From the NCBI GenBank assembly GCA_050696075.1, contig JBOGUF010000018.1, positions 232-64,231 of the forward strand: 64,000 nucleotides of DNA. Direction: 5' to 3'. The stretch is from Thermomicrobiales bacterium (GTDB lineage: Bacteria; Chloroflexota; Chloroflexia; Thermomicrobiales; UBA6265). Made by a program: the position numbers and the translations under genes. The notes beneath the pieces were generated by a model. It saw only the letters and a list, made by a program, of their open reading frames with translations. It was not told the origin of the DNA and searched no databases. This document shows, piece by piece, positions 47,618 through 56,658 of the stretch (its first letter is position 1; the number at the start of each line of letters is the position of its first letter).

Positions 47618-48004
47618 TCGGCAAACGGTTCGGCCATGGCACAGATCGTGCAACGAGGCGCGGTGACCTCGCAACACGGCAAATACCTAAGCGTCAAGGT
47701 GTCGTGGAACCTTAACAACTGAGTGCGTGTTCGTTCCCGGCAGGGCCGCCCAACGGCCTCGGCCTTTTGGGGCGAACGGACTTGGATCGGCGGCGCCACG
47801 GCGTGGTCGCTCGGGTCCATCTTACTTAGCCCTCACAGGCGGCGTTAGCCGGTCGCCTGGCAGATCTTCCTCGTTCTTCCTCTTTAGCGGGGCGTGATTC
47901 CGCGGTTCGCCGCAAACGAATCCCGTTTCCGCTCCTCTACACTCCCTCTCCGACGCTTGATCTTTCGATCACGGTCAAGCTGGACATCCTCGGCAGTGGT
48001 CGAA

Positions 48005-48071
48005 CAGACAGGAGCGCCCGGCGCGATTTGCGCCGGGCGCGGCTGTTTAACGGACCGCGCGCGCCTGTCTG
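48005..48071. other. nested stem-loop in gene-free convergent gap
   Basis: The inner hairpin is a perfect 11 bp: GCGCCCGGCGC (48014-48024), loop GATTT, GCGCCGGGCGC (48030-48040). The outer pairing is 8 bp: CAGACAGG (48005-48012) with CCTGTCTG (48064-48071). Confidence 0.6.
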
Positions 48072-48162
48072 CACGACCACGTGATGGCGATCGCTGAAAG
48101 GCATCTCCCCCGCGGGGCGGACGAAAGAGATTCTTCACGAGCGCGGAATGACGGGTGGGGAT

Positions 48163-48813
48163 TCAGTTGCCAGCAGGGGCAGTGCCGACCGGTTGGCGGC
48201 GGACGAGTTTAGGGCGAAAGATGTAGGCGAGTTCGGACGCGAGCACGACAGCGTCCTCGTCGCGGCCAGCCAACTCGTAGCCCCCGACGGCGGCGTGTTG
48301 GCCGTTGCGCGGTAGCGCCCAGAAGGTCGGCACCCTCGATAAATCGAGAGCCGGATCGAGGGTTGCGGCCTCCGCGAACAGGTCGCGCGCCTGATCGAAG
48401 CGCCCGTCTCGCGCCTGCATGAGCGCACGCACAGCGGCAGCCCGCGCCTTTCGCTCACTGACCGTGAGCGGATCGGACGTCGCAACCGGACTCCGTGCTA
48501 CATCGTCTACACCGACGTCGCCGCGAGCAACCACGTCGATACGATGGGCCACGTGCCCTTCAGCGTCGAACAGATCCAAGGAGCTCGGGAGGAAGGCCAC
48601 GTTCCCACCGGAATCGCCCGCCGTCCATTGCCCCGATCGTCTCAAGAGGCGGGAGAGCCGGCGTCGCCAACGTTCCATCGTCAGTTCCATCACGTAAATC
48701 GCCGGTCCTGAGATGACCATCCCCGCTTTTCCTGTCTCGTCTTGCCCGCCGGCTGGGAGCGGCCATGGGCGGTCGCGCGACATCGCGGGGACGCTCGATC
48801 GGTGTCCGTACAC
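48163..48813 (-). CDS. hypothetical protein
   Basis: The C-terminal two-thirds of the 216-aa ORF look protein-like (…SERKARAAAVRALMQARDGRFDQARDLFAEAATLDPALDL…, possibly TPR-like). The start is uncertain and I recognise no family. Confidence 0.4.
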   Translation of the reverse strand: MYGHRSSVPAMSRDRPWPLPAGGQDETGKAGMVISGPAIYVMELTMERWRRRLSRLLRRSGQWTAGDSGGNVAFLPSSLDLFDAEGHVAHRIDVVARGDVGVDDVARSPVATSDPLTVSERKARAAAVRALMQARDGRFDQARDLFAEAATLDPALDLSRVPTFWALPRNGQHAAVGGYELAGRDEDAVVLASELAYIFRPKLVRRQPVGTAPAGN

Positions 48814-48895
48814 AGTGCGTACACGGCACGTATGCTAGCATCGATAGTGTACGTACACAAGGGGGCGTGGCACGGGTAGGGAAGCGACGCGGTAC
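48808..48895. promoter_or_regulatory. cluster of five GTACAC/GTGTAC hexamers and two perfect palindromes in divergent promoter region
   Basis: GTACAC occurs at 48808, 48819, 48853 and 48890, and GTGTAC at 48847. ATGCTAGCAT (48832-48841) is a perfect 10-bp palindrome and GTGTACGTACAC (48847-48858) a perfect 12-bp palindrome. Confidence 0.4.
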
Positions 48896-48905
48896 ACTTT
48901 CGGCC

Positions 48906-49763
48906 ATGACGGCCTTTGCTTCGGCTTCTCCCTCGTGGGACACGCAAGACCAATCGCCGACAGACTTTGATGCGGACGATCTCGCACCGCTGGCAGGGCT
49001 CATTGCCCTCGGCCGGCGCAGCGAGCGGATCGTCGCCTTCACCGGCGCCGGCATCAGCACCGAGTCGGGCATCCCCGATTACCGTGGACCGGGCGGCGTC
49101 TGGGAGCGCAACGCCGCGCCGATCCTGAGCGACTTCCAAACGAACCCGTCGACGCGGCGCGAGTACTGGCGTCGCCGGCGCACCGGCTACCGCAAACTGG
49201 CGGACGCGATGCCCAATCAGGGACACCGCGCCCTTGCCGCGCTCGCCACCGCCGGCCGGGTGACGGCGGTGATCACTCAGAACATCGACGGTCTCCACCA
49301 AAAGGCGGGGAACGATCCGGATCAGGTGATCGAGTTGCACGGCACGGCCCATCGTGTCCGCTGCCTCGACTGCGGGACGACCTGGCCCGCATCCGCGATC
49401 CAGGATCGACTTGTCGACAGCGACGACGAGCCGCGCTGCGAGCGATGCGGCGGACCACTCCGCGGCGCGACGATCCTGTTCGGCGAGTCGTTGCCCGCCG
49501 ACGCGCTCCAGCGCGCGGTCGAGGCGGCGCGCGATTGTGACCTGATGCTGGTGGTCGGCAGCTCCCTGATCGTCAAGCCGGCGGCACAGTTACCCTTGCT
49601 TGCCAAGCGCGTAGGGGCGGGCTTGGCGATCGTCAATCGCACCGACACGCCGCTCGATCAGCTGGCGGACGTCCGGATCGAGGGCGAGGCCGGCCCGACG
49701 CTGGGCGCGCTCGCGACGGCGCTGCTGGGCGACGGTTGGGATCAGCGGTCCTGGATCGACTAG
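48906..49763 (+). CDS. NAD-dependent protein deacylase (Sir2/CobB-type sirtuin)
   Basis: Motifs: GAGISTESGIPDYRGPGGVW, QNIDGLH, HGT, and the zinc ribbon CLDCG...CERCGG. The start was chosen at MTAFASAS (ATG 48906). Confidence 0.85.
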   Translation: MTAFASASPSWDTQDQSPTDFDADDLAPLAGLIALGRRSERIVAFTGAGISTESGIPDYRGPGGVWERNAAPILSDFQTNPSTRREYWRRRRTGYRKLADAMPNQGHRALAALATAGRVTAVITQNIDGLHQKAGNDPDQVIELHGTAHRVRCLDCGTTWPASAIQDRLVDSDDEPRCERCGGPLRGATILFGESLPADALQRAVEAARDCDLMLVVGSSLIVKPAAQLPLLAKRVGAGLAIVNRTDTPLDQLADVRIEGEAGPTLGALATALLGDGWDQRSWID

Positions 49764-49811
49764 ATTGTGGTGGCCAGATCTGGCTGCCTTTGACGCAACG
49801 GGAGCCAACGC

Positions 49812-50681
49812 GTGCCGACGCTCGACAACCCGGTCGCCTTTTCACTCTTTGGGGCCGACATTCGCTGGTACGCGATCTTCATCCTAACCGGGATTGTCGC
49901 GGCGATCCTCGTCGCCCAATGGCTGGCGCGGCGGCGGGGCATGAATCCCCACTTTATCCTGGACGTGGCGCCGCCGGTCGTCCTCGGCGCTATCGTCGGG
50001 GCGCGGCTCTATTACCTCCTCTTGCAAGCAGGCCACTACTTAGACAACCCCGGCGATGCGCTGAACGTTCGTCTCGGCGGCCTCACGATCCATGGGGCGC
50101 TGGCGGCGGGCATCGCCATCTTCGCCTACCTGTGCTGGCGCCGTGGATATCGGTTTCTAGCCTGGGCCGACCTCGTGATCGCCGGCGTGCCGATCGGGCA
50201 GGCGATTGGCCGCTGGGGCAATTGGGCGAACCAGGAGGCATTCGGCACGCCGACCGATCGACCGTGGGCGGTCACGATCGCGCCTGATCGTCGGCCGGCC
50301 GAATACGCCGCATCGAGCACCTTCCACCCGACCTTCCTCTATGAGGGCATCCTCAACCTGTTGATCGCCGGGGTCCTGATCTGGATCGTCTTAAGGATGC
50401 CGCGATCGCGCTGGTGGCGGGAAGGCGACGCGCTCTGGGTCTACTTGATGCTCTATGGCGCCGCCCGCTTCGTCATCGAACGGGTTCGCACCGACAGCCT
50501 CTACATCGGCCCCCTGCCCGCGGCCTACTGGCTGAGTTTCGCGCTCGTCTTCGGCGGCCTCGCCATGCTCGCGTTACGCCACACCGTCTGGCCTGGACGC
50601 AACGCTGATCCGTATCCGGACCCGACGCCAACCCAACCCCGCGCGGTCGAATCCGGCGCTCCTGCTCCCGATGGCGGCTAG
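49812..50681 (+). CDS. lgt: prolipoprotein diacylglyceryl transferase
   Basis: Motifs: IRWYAIFILTGIVAA, GRWGNWANQEAFGTPT, HPTFLYE, plus multiple TM spans. Confidence 0.9.
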   Translation: MPTLDNPVAFSLFGADIRWYAIFILTGIVAAILVAQWLARRRGMNPHFILDVAPPVVLGAIVGARLYYLLLQAGHYLDNPGDALNVRLGGLTIHGALAAGIAIFAYLCWRRGYRFLAWADLVIAGVPIGQAIGRWGNWANQEAFGTPTDRPWAVTIAPDRRPAEYAASSTFHPTFLYEGILNLLIAGVLIWIVLRMPRSRWWREGDALWVYLMLYGAARFVIERVRTDSLYIGPLPAAYWLSFALVFGGLAMLALRHTVWPGRNADPYPDPTPTQPRAVESGAPAPDGG

Positions 50682-50714
50682 CCGTTACGTCAACTCATCC
50701 ACGAAGGGACCGGC

Positions 50715-52127
50715 GTGACCCATCTCGACGACGCATTGGCTGCACGTTCCTGGGAGGCGATCGCCCGCATCGCCGCCGCGCACGTCTCGATGCTGGCCGA
50801 CGTGGGCGTCCTCGAATCCGGGGGGCACGCGTCGCTCATGAGCGCGCTCGACGGCGTGGGGCGAGGCGCAGCGCCGGCGTCGCGCCTCGCCGATCTCGTC
50901 GCGGCGTTCGACGAGCGAACCGAGGGACTGTCGCCACCTGGCATCGTGGGGGCGGCGTCGGTGGGACGGGGCGCGGCCGAGGTCGTTGCCGCCGTCATCC
51001 GGCTGATCCTGCGCGACGATCTGCTGGCCGTCGGCGCCGGGCTCCACCGACCGCGGTCGTCGCTGCTGGACCTGGCAGGGGTGCACGCGGTGACGACGAT
51101 GCCCGCCTACAGTGGTGGCGACGCGGCGCAACCGACGACCTTCGGTCACTTTCTGGGCGGGCTGATCGGGCCACTTGGCCGCGCGGCGGGGCAGCTTCCA
51201 CGTGTTTACGCGATGGTCGACCGTTCGCCGCTCGGCGCGGGCACGCTCGCCTCGACGGCAATCGAGATCGACCGGGAGCGACAGGCGGAGTTGCTCGGCT
51301 TCTCCTCCCTCCTGGACAACACCTTCGACGCGGTCGCCGCGGTCGATCATCTCGTCGCCTGCGCCAATCTGGCCGAGACCGTGGCAACGGGGATCGGGCG
51401 TTTCCTCTCTGAACTCATCGCCTGGCTCCGCATCGAACCGGGGGCCATGCTGCTCTCGGGCGACTGGACCGGGCACGAGCCGGGCCTGCCGCAACTGACA
51501 CCCGCCACGGGTATTATCGAACTTCAGGAGATGGTTGCCGACGTCGTGGTGGGCGCGGACGCCGTGCGACGACTCGCCGCCGACGCACCCTATGCGCCGA
51601 TCACCGGGCTCGCCGATCGGGCGCTTGGGTTGACCAGCCGCTGCCTGACCGAGGTAGCGGCGCTGGCCCAACGAACCGCATCGCTGCTCACCACCGGACT
51701 CACTATCAACCGGGCGCTGCTGGCGAACCGGGCGGGCAAAGGCTTTTCAACAGTCAGTGACCTTGGCGACTTCCTGACGATCGAAGAGGGGCTCGAACCG
51801 GCCGCGGCGCGGGCCATCGCCGCGCTCACCTACCGGCGGGCGGCGGACGAAGGTCTCGAAGCGAGCGGGATTACGCCAGAGATGATCGACGGCGCGGCGT
51901 TGATGGTGCTCGGCCGCGAGGTCGGCGTCGAGTTCGAAGCAATCAGCCGCTACCTGGCCCCGCGCCGATTCATCGAGCGCCGCACGGTGATTGGCGGCCC
52001 TGCCCCGCGGGCGCTACGCGACTACCTCGACCGCGAGCGCGAGCGGTTGCTCGCCGACGAGCGCTGGGTGGCAGAGACGCGGCAGATGATCGATGACGTT
52101 TTTCAGCGCTTAGATGGTCCTCTGTAG
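50715..52127 (+). CDS. argininosuccinate lyase-like (fumarase/aspartase superfamily) protein with degenerate catalytic signatures
   Basis: It is collinear with ArgH: MPAYSGGDAAQPTTFGH aligns with MPGYTHLQRAQPxTFGH, and SPLGAGTLA with LPLGSGALA. The SRND region reads GRGAAE, and the GSSxMPxKxN loop reads GHEPGLPQLTP. Confidence 0.7.
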   Translation: MTHLDDALAARSWEAIARIAAAHVSMLADVGVLESGGHASLMSALDGVGRGAAPASRLADLVAAFDERTEGLSPPGIVGAASVGRGAAEVVAAVIRLILRDDLLAVGAGLHRPRSSLLDLAGVHAVTTMPAYSGGDAAQPTTFGHFLGGLIGPLGRAAGQLPRVYAMVDRSPLGAGTLASTAIEIDRERQAELLGFSSLLDNTFDAVAAVDHLVACANLAETVATGIGRFLSELIAWLRIEPGAMLLSGDWTGHEPGLPQLTPATGIIELQEMVADVVVGADAVRRLAADAPYAPITGLADRALGLTSRCLTEVAALAQRTASLLTTGLTINRALLANRAGKGFSTVSDLGDFLTIEEGLEPAAARAIAALTYRRAADEGLEASGITPEMIDGAALMVLGREVGVEFEAISRYLAPRRFIERRTVIGGPAPRALRDYLDRERERLLADERWVAETRQMIDDVFQRLDGPL

Positions 52128-52154
52128 GGGCGGTCCGCCCCTACAAATCGCCCG

Positions 52155-53039
52155 TCAATCCGCCTCGTATTGTTGCAACGTGATCGCGTTCGTGGCGGTC
52201 ACCCAGGGGCGCCAGCCCTGGTCGTAGGGCGTCGGCCAGCCGCCGTCATCTTGCTGTTCGGCGCGCAGGCGGTCGAGCTGGTTGGCGATGAGATCGGGCG
52301 GTAGGCGGCGGGCAAGTTCGCCTTCCGGCGGGCCGACGTGCTCGAAAAAGTGTTGGGCGTCAGCATAGCCGCCTTCGCGGGCGACCTGCTCGATGCGCGC
52401 GACACTACGTTCAATGAACTCCTCGCGCAGCGGGTGATCAACCCACGGAAAGTACTCGACGTATGGCAGCAACGTGTAGAAGTCGGCCGAATCGACCTCC
52501 TCCGGCGACGCCAGTCGGTCGGCGAGGCTAGCAACACGTGCATGCAGGCGTTCGGAGCCGATGCCTACTCGCGTGGCGGCGCCCGCGAGGTCAAGGGCCG
52601 GGTTGAGGCTGGGGAACTGCCACGCTTGGAACCAGGGCGCCAGCTCATGCTCATAGACGCCGGGCGAGAATCGCCAGCATCCGTCCTCATGCTGCTCCCG
52701 ATCCAACCAGGCTTCGAGTCGCTGAAGCATCGGCTCGTTCCGATTGGCCCCGACCGAGTGCACGACGTGCAGCGCCAAGCGGGCCGCGAAGGGCTGGCTG
52801 TCCGGTGCCTTGATGTCCACTTCCAGGTTACGACCGAAGCCGCCGTCTTCGTTCTGATATGTCGCTAGCTCGGTGATAACCGCGTCGCGCGGTCCGCCGG
52901 CGCAGACGTTGCGAGCCCAGGCCGCTTCGAGTGGCCGCCCTTGTTGTTCGAGAAATGCACTTGCTTTGTCCTGTGGCATCATCGTCAACTCCATTGTCGT
53001 CCGCGAATCGGTCGTGGTGGCCGGCGAATCGGCTCCCAA
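52155..53039 (-). CDS. hypothetical protein with prenyltransferase/terpene-cyclase-like alpha-alpha toroid repeats
   Basis: It has QW-like repeats YQNEDGGFG, HEDGCWRF and QQDDGGWPTPY. The likely start is MELTMM (52994) or MMPQ (52982). It is co-directional with, and 18 nt or more downstream of, the WYL regulator gene. Confidence 0.55.
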   Translation of the reverse strand: MGADSPATTTDSRTTMELTMMPQDKASAFLEQQGRPLEAAWARNVCAGGPRDAVITELATYQNEDGGFGRNLEVDIKAPDSQPFAARLALHVVHSVGANRNEPMLQRLEAWLDREQHEDGCWRFSPGVYEHELAPWFQAWQFPSLNPALDLAGAATRVGIGSERLHARVASLADRLASPEEVDSADFYTLLPYVEYFPWVDHPLREEFIERSVARIEQVAREGGYADAQHFFEHVGPPEGELARRLPPDLIANQLDRLRAEQQDDGGWPTPYDQGWRPWVTATNAITLQQYEAD

Positions 53040-53057
53040 CCAGCCATCCTGATCAGC

Positions 53058-54032
53058 CTAGCAACCGGAAGGTGACACCGTTTCGTCACCTTTGTCGTCG
53101 TGTTGCGTGGCTGTCGCGGTGGCAAGATCGCGGACGAGGTGTCGGAGTTCGGCCGGCGCGACGACTTCCATATCCGGGCCAAGGCCGAGGAAAGTGCGGG
53201 CGTAGTACGGCCACTCGCTCGGGGGGCAGCGGAAGCGCAGTTCCCAGCGGTCGGGCGCGATCTGGCAGACCCGCTCCTCGAGGTCGTGCACGTCATCGGC
53301 CAGGCGTGATCCGGTATAGGTCAGCGCCACGACCACCTCGGGGTGCGAGGGGTCGTCGTATGGCGTACCGGGATGGTACGCGGCGGCGCGGGCCGCTTCG
53401 GCTGCTGCCGGAGTAGGGATCACCTCGACCGACATCATGCGATCTAACCGAAACTGCCGCCGTTCGCGGGCGTCGAGCGAGACGGCGTGGCAGTGCCAGA
53501 AACCATCGCGCTCGACGAGTGACCCGGGCAGGATGGTGTGGACGGCGACGCGGCGCAGCGATTGGTACTCGGTCCGCAGCCACGCTCCGCGCTCGATCGC
53601 CTCCTTGACCGTCGCAAAGTGCTGGAGCCGGCGGGGATGACGCGGCGCTTCGATCGCGATCATCGCCAGGTCACGCTCCGCGGCATCCACAATCTCCGGA
53701 CGCAGCACGCCGCGCAGCTTGTCGACGGCGGATTGCACGGCGGACGCCAAGGGAGCCTGGGGATGGCTGCCGAGGCCACGGGCGGCGAGCAGCAACGCGG
53801 CGGCTTCGGTCGGTGTCAGTTGGACCGGTTTAAGCCAGTGGTTGTCGTGCAACTCCAGACCGCCACCGGCACCTGGGAGGCTGACAATCGGCACGCCGAT
53901 CTCGCAGAGAGCGTCGACGTCGCGCAGGATAGTGCGCCGGGAGACCTCGAACCGTTCCGCGAGCTGTCCGGCGGTACGCCGACCGCTTTGCAAGGCGAAG
54001 ATGATGCCGGTCAGGCGGTCGGTGCGGTTCAT
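53058..54032 (-). CDS. HTH-WYL domain transcriptional regulator (YafY-like)
   Basis: It has the N-terminal MNRTDRLTGIIFALQSGRRTAGQLAERFEVSRRTILRDVDAL and a central WYL-like beta domain (…RRVAVHTILPGSLVERDGFWHCHAV…). Confidence 0.8.
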   Translation of the reverse strand: MNRTDRLTGIIFALQSGRRTAGQLAERFEVSRRTILRDVDALCEIGVPIVSLPGAGGGLELHDNHWLKPVQLTPTEAAALLLAARGLGSHPQAPLASAVQSAVDKLRGVLRPEIVDAAERDLAMIAIEAPRHPRRLQHFATVKEAIERGAWLRTEYQSLRRVAVHTILPGSLVERDGFWHCHAVSLDARERRQFRLDRMMSVEVIPTPAAAEAARAAAYHPGTPYDDPSHPEVVVALTYTGSRLADDVHDLEERVCQIAPDRWELRFRCPPSEWPYYARTFLGLGPDMEVVAPAELRHLVRDLATATATQHDDKGDETVSPSGC

Positions 54033-54136
54033 CGTTGTCCGATGTGAGAATGGTGGAAGCGGCCGCCGTGAGCGGCTGGAGTATACTGGGTTTGGCGTGG
54101 TCCGCCGATGACGGGCAGATCATTTGTATCATTAGG

Positions 54137-55528
54137 ATGGTCACCATTACGCGCATCAGCTTTCCCACCAATCAACCAAACGAGCAGGCGTTGCTCGTCG
54201 CCGTCGACCGGCACGACGCGAGTTGGCAGGTCACCGACGCGCTTGAAGAGCTGGCGCGTTTGGCCGAGACGGCCGACGTCGAGGTCGTCGGCTCAGTGAC
54301 GCAGAAGCTCTCCCACCCCCTTTCGGGCACCTACATCGGGAAGGGAAAACTCGAAGAGATCAAGGAACTGCGGGAGTCGCTCGAGTACGACCTCGTCATC
54401 TTCAACGACGACCTCAGCCCCGCGCAGCAGCGCAATCTGGAAAAGGCGCTCGAGGTCAAGATCCTCGACCGCACGGCGCTGATTCTGGACGTTTTCGCCC
54501 GCCGGGCGCGGACGCACGAGGGCCGGTTGCAAGTCGAGCTGGCGCAGCTCGAATATCGCCTGCCGCGCCTGACGGGCATGTGGACCCACCTCTCCCGGCA
54601 GGCGGTCGGCGGCGTCGGCTTGCGCGGACCGGGCGAGACGCAGCTCGAAGTCGACCGGCGGGAGGCGGGCAAGCGGATCGCGTTCATCAAGCGCGCGTTG
54701 GGCGAAGTGCATCGCCACCGCGAGATCTACCGGGAGCGGCGGCGCGAGCGAAACGTGCCCGTGATCGCCTTGGTCGGCTACACGAATGCCGGCAAGAGCA
54801 CGCTGCTCAACGCGCTGACGGGCGCGGGCGTGCTAGCGGAGGACAAGCTCTTCGCCACGCTCGATCCGACGACGCGACGGGTGTCGCTGCCCGGTGGACG
54901 CGGCGTCCTCTTCACCGACACCGTCGGCTTCATCAACAACCTGCCGACGATGGTGATCGCCGCCTTCCGCGCCACACTGGAGGAGATCAACGAGGCCGCG
55001 CTGCTGGTGCATGTGCTCGACGTGACGCATCCGAACGCGAGCGAGCAGATCGAAACGGTGAATCAGGTCCTGGAAGAGATCGGCGCGGATGGGAGCCCGG
55101 CGATTATGGCGCTCAACAAGACCGACTTGCTGAAGACCAATGGCGGGAGATCCCTCGAGGAGGTGAGCGCGTCGCTCGGCTTACCGGACGACTCCGTTTC
55201 GATCTCGGCGGTCAATGGACACGGGCTAGACGCCCTCCTGGCGCGAATCGAAACCGAGGTCGAACGGCAAGAGCACTACGTCACGGTACGGGTGACGATC
55301 CCCTTCGATCGCGCCGAACTGGTCGACCTCTTCCACCGCCTGGGCACGGTCGAGGCGACGACGTACGATGAGAGCGGCTCGACCGTAACGGGTCGGTTGC
55401 CCGAACGCGCCGTCGCGCAATTCTCCCCCTTCCTCACGGTGATCAAGGGCGTGGAGGCGACCGCTGGCGGCGGCGCGCGGGCAGACGCGCCGCATGAGGA
55501 CGTCGCCGCGCCGCACACCGCGGCCTAG
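54137..55528 (+). CDS. hflX: GTPase HflX
   Basis: It has the HflX N-domain (GKGKLEEIKEL...AQQRNLE...DRTALILDVFARRARTHEGRLQVELAQLEY) and the G-domain GYTNAGKSTLLNALTG, DTVGF, NKTD. The start was chosen at the ATG at 54137. Confidence 0.9.
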   Translation: MVTITRISFPTNQPNEQALLVAVDRHDASWQVTDALEELARLAETADVEVVGSVTQKLSHPLSGTYIGKGKLEEIKELRESLEYDLVIFNDDLSPAQQRNLEKALEVKILDRTALILDVFARRARTHEGRLQVELAQLEYRLPRLTGMWTHLSRQAVGGVGLRGPGETQLEVDRREAGKRIAFIKRALGEVHRHREIYRERRRERNVPVIALVGYTNAGKSTLLNALTGAGVLAEDKLFATLDPTTRRVSLPGGRGVLFTDTVGFINNLPTMVIAAFRATLEEINEAALLVHVLDVTHPNASEQIETVNQVLEEIGADGSPAIMALNKTDLLKTNGGRSLEEVSASLGLPDDSVSISAVNGHGLDALLARIETEVERQEHYVTVRVTIPFDRAELVDLFHRLGTVEATTYDESGSTVTGRLPERAVAQFSPFLTVIKGVEATAGGGARADAPHEDVAAPHTAA

Positions 55529-55544
55529 GTTCGGGGAGCCGCGC

Positions 55545-56621
<1,077 letters not shown>

Positions 56622-56658
56622 ACGACTTCAGACTTCAACCCGTCGAGAGCGGAGACCG

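Noticed and set aside
47614-47820. A 68-codon minus-strand ORF with a C-terminal CCx7CxxC motif, as a real small zinc-binding protein.
   Set aside because: No Shine-Dalgarno is evident, no family is recognisable and the middle is Arg-rich. It is kept only as a candidate inside the finding on the 545-nt gap.
47884-47945. tRNA-like or tmRNA-like strings (GCGGGGCGTGATTCCGCGGTTCGCC…ACGAATCCCGT).
   Set aside because: No cloverleaf can be drawn: the T-loop has 5 rather than 7 nt, there is no D-arm, and the acceptor pairing is absent. There is no tmRNA 3' end or tag reading frame.
48906-49763. The Sir2-domain protein as an anti-phage effector (Thoeris/DSR/SIR2-HerA type).
   Set aside because: It has the complete canonical sirtuin motifs, including the CxxC…CxxC zinc ribbon, and the usual CobB size of about 285 aa. 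It has no fused sensor domain and no HerA, TIR or pAgo neighbours.
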